Below, piece after piece: positions 8,689-11,204 of a DNA stretch of 11,204 nucleotides. This DNA comes from Octopus sinensis. Taxonomy: Eukaryota. The translations under genes were made by a program, and so were the position numbers. Every line of letters starts with the position of its first letter. Position 1 is the stretch's first letter. The notes beneath the pieces were generated by a model. It was not told where the DNA came from, did not search any database, and saw only the letters and a program-made list of their open reading frames with translations. Location of the stretch: positions 1 to 11,204 of the forward strand of contig NW_021827036.1 in NCBI RefSeq assembly GCF_006345805.1. The letters are read 5' to 3'.

Positions 8689-9710
8689 GAAAGGAAGGAA
8701 GGAAGGAAGGAAGGGAACGAAGGGAAGGAAGGAACGAACGAACGAACGAACGAACGAACGAACGAGGGAACGAACGAACGAAGGAAGGAGGGAACGAAGG
8801 AAGGAACGAAGGAAGGAAGGAGGGAACGAAGGAAGGAACGAAGGAAGGAAGGAAAGAAGGAAGGAAGGAAGGAAGGAATGAAGGAAGGGAACGAAGGGAA
8901 CGAAGGAACGAACGAACGAACGAGGGAACGAAGGAAGGAAGGAAGGAAGGAGGGAACGAAGGAAGGAACGAAGGAAGGAAGGAGGGAACGAAGGAAGGAA
9001 CGAAGGAAGGAAGGAAAGAAGGAAGGAAGGAAGGAAGGAAGGAAGGAGGGAACGAAGGAATGAAGGAAGAAAAGAAAGAAGGAACGAACGAACGATGGAG
9101 GGAACGAAGGAAGGAAGGAAGGAAAGAAGGAACGAACGAAGGAACGAAGGAACGAAGGAACGAAGGAATGAAGGAACGAAGGAACGAAGGAACGAAGGAA
9201 GGGAACGAAGGGAAGGAACGAACGAACGAACGAACGAACGAGGGAACGAAGGAAGGAAGGAAGGAAGGAGGGAACGAAGGAAGGAACGAAGGAAGGAAGG
9301 AGGGAACGAAGGAAGGAACGAAGGAAGGAACGAAGGAAGGAAGGAAAGAAGGAAGGAAGGAAGGAAGGAAGGAAGGAAGGAGGGAACGAAGGAATGAAGG
9401 AAGGAAAGAAAGAAGGAACGAACGAACGATGGAGGGAACGAAGGAACGAAGGAAGGAAGGAAGGAAAGAAGGAACGAACGAAGGAACGAAGGAACGAAGG
9501 AACGAAGGAATGAAGGAACGAACGAACGAACGAACGAGGAAACGAAGGAACGAAGGAACGAAGGAACGAAGGAATGAAGGAACGAACGAACGAACGAACG
9601 AACGAACGAACGAAGGAAGGAAGGAGGGAACGAAGGAAGGAACGAAGGAAGGAAGGAAGGAAGGAAGGAAGGAAGGAAGGAAGGAAGGAAGGAAGGAAGG
9701 AAGGAAGGAG
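8689..9710 (+). repeat. ~1-kb GGAA/CGAA compound tetranucleotide satellite with ~334-bp higher-order repeat
   Basis: Only 8 T on the + strand; rare variant units recur 334 bp apart (9061/9395, 9096/9430). Confidence 0.95.
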
Positions 9711-9903
9711 CCCCAGGTTAAATATCTGATCAGAATTGTTTCAACGCGGAGAACTTCACTAGGCACTGTTGGTAAAGCGGTTCATTGTTGGCGATGCTAT
9801 CGTCTGTGTTGTATACATACATATATATGTATATATATGTATATATAATATATATATAGATATATATATATTATATATATATATATATATAATATGTATA
9901 TAT

Positions 9904-10020
9904 AGATGTATGTATGCGTGAGTGCGTGTGTGTCTATGTGTCTGTGTGTGTGTGTCTGTGTGTGTATGTTATAATTACATATGTACACTACTAGACCATT
10001 ATCAGCGATTGAATAACCAT
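9904..10020 (+). repeat. Direct repeat copy B (partner 4491-4598)
   Basis: 9960-10020 is identical to 4538-4598; offset 5422 bp. Confidence 0.9.
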
Positions 10021-10058
10021 AAACATCGAATCCATCTCGTGACAACCATTTTTTTATA

Positions 10059-10563
10059 GGCGTAGGAGTGGCTGTGTGGTAAGTAGCTTGCTTACCAACC
10101 ACATGGTTACAGGTTCAGTCCCACTGCGTGGCACCTTGGGCAAGTGTCTTCTACTATAGCCTTCGGGCCGACCAAAGCCTTATGAGTGGATTTGGTAGAC
10201 GGAAAATGAAAGAAGCCCGTCGTATATATTTATATACATATGTGTGTGTGTGTGTGTGTGTGTTTGTGTGTCTGTGTTTGGTAGACGGAAACTGAAAGAA
10301 GCCCGTCGTATATATTTATATACATATATGTGTGTGTGTGTGTGTGTTTGTGTGTCTGTGTTTGTCCCCCCAAATTCACTTGACAACCGATGCTGATGTG
10401 TTTACGTCCTAGTAACTTAGCGGTTCGGCAAAAGAGACCGATTGAATAAATCCTAGGCTTACAAGGAATAAGTCCTGGGGTCGAGTTGCTCGACTGAAGG
10501 CGGTGCTCTAGCATGGCCGCAGTCAAATGATTGAAACAAGTAAAGGAGTAAAAGAGTAAAAGA
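10059..10563 (+). mobile_element. Full-length CORE-type tRNA SINE (octopus OR2-like, name uncertain)
   Basis: A-box-like TGGCTGTGTGG, B-box-like GGTTCAGTCCC (10112-10122), CORE-like accttgggcaagtgtctt (10133-10150), internal (TG)n with an 86-bp duplication, and a (GAGTAAAA)n-type tail. Confidence 0.88.
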
Positions 10564-10803
10564 TATTCTGATTTAAATACCTTCCTCAAGGTGAGCACTA
10601 CTGAGGAACCTCGTGTATCAAAGAATGGCGTTGAATTGGGCAATAGATTAATAAATAGTGACAGGTTAACTGTAAGCTATCATACACAGGATATAAACAA
10701 AGTAAAGTCACTAGTGTTGTTATTTGTGTTGACCTATGCGATCATAGGTTAGTATTAGAAGAATTTCTAACATAAACAATTTCAGCGTGGAAGACATATA
10801 TAT

Positions 10804-11002
10804 GACCGCGTGTGTACCGTTGGCGATGTTTTTTCCTCCGTCTTCCCCTCTCTGGATCTTTCCTTTTCCTATGTTTTTGATGAAGAGCTCCAATCGAAAC
10901 GTAAAACCCTCCTTCTTCCCTTCCTTCCTGAGCGTCCAATAATACTATATTTGTTCCACGTCCTCGCGTTGTTGTGTTTTCTCTTTGTGTTTTCATGTTT
11001 GG
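10804..11002 (+). mobile_element. Probable Penelope-like element pseudo-LTR remnant
   Basis: Contains TGATGAAGAG...TCGAAACGT, then a pyrimidine-rich ~100 nt ending in a TA/CATA microsatellite. The assignment rests on the hammerhead motif. Confidence 0.5.
10873..10907 (+). ncRNA. Minimal type-I hammerhead ribozyme motif (partly decayed)
   Basis: Stem I GTTT(10873-76)/AAAC(10904-07); core TTGATGA (10877-83, C3U variant); extra A; 2-bp stem II GA/TC; GAAA (10896-99); palindromic ACGT stem III; GUA cleavage triplet at 10901-03. Confidence 0.55.
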
Positions 11003-11041
11003 ATTAACTTTATATACATACATACATACATACATACATAC

Positions 11042-11085
<44 letters not shown>

Positions 11086-11120
11086 ATATATATATATATA
11101 ATATATATATATATATATCA
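11003..11120 (+). repeat. (CATA)n/(TA)n microsatellite
   Basis: Visible tandem units. Confidence 0.95.
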
Positions 11121-11204
11121 ACCATTAAAAACACAAAAACTGTTAACATCATTTCAGCATTTAATATTCGGTGCTAAAAAGGATATATGTGTCTTCCACA
11201 CAGT

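Noticed and set aside
8600-8690. Splice-acceptor-like T-tract plus GCAG (8630) before ACSQKVETEPKVLVKIGQYRK
   Set aside because: No convincing donor, the frame runs into the satellite, and T-tracts are common here; RNA-seq would be needed.
8574-9848. 424-aa and 384-aa ORFs
   Set aside because: Read-through of the T-poor GGAA/CGAA satellite, where stop codons are nearly impossible; no protein domain is recognisable.
10581-10770. Short hairpins (TTCCTCA/TGAGGAA, ACCTATG/CATAGGT) and donor-like AAG|GTGAGC
   Set aside because: 6-7 bp stems are expected by chance, and there is no upstream acceptor or exon frame.

Overview
Non-coding, AT-rich eukaryotic DNA made almost entirely of transposon remnants and microsatellites. 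The SINE families and microsatellite mix look like an octopus (coleoid cephalopod) genome; this is recognised from memory, not from a search. No intact host gene is supported, and nearly all listed ORFs are microsatellite read-through. Contents: two mariner remnants; a tandem cluster of a tRNA-derived SINE; three ~396-bp non-autonomous Helitrons in alternating orientation, one nested in a mariner MITE; a decayed L1/Tx1-like LINE 3' end abutting a (TC)n tract; several CORE-type and other tRNA SINE copies; a 176-bp almost perfectly palindromic MITE; a 1-kb GGAA/CGAA satellite with higher-order structure; and a Penelope-like remnant with a minimal hammerhead-ribozyme motif. The most notable observations are the shared 3' tail between the tandem SINE and the Tx1-like LINE, the palindromic CAC...GTG element, the hammerhead motifs, the inverted Helitron triplet, and a 61-bp exact direct repeat 5.4 kb apart.
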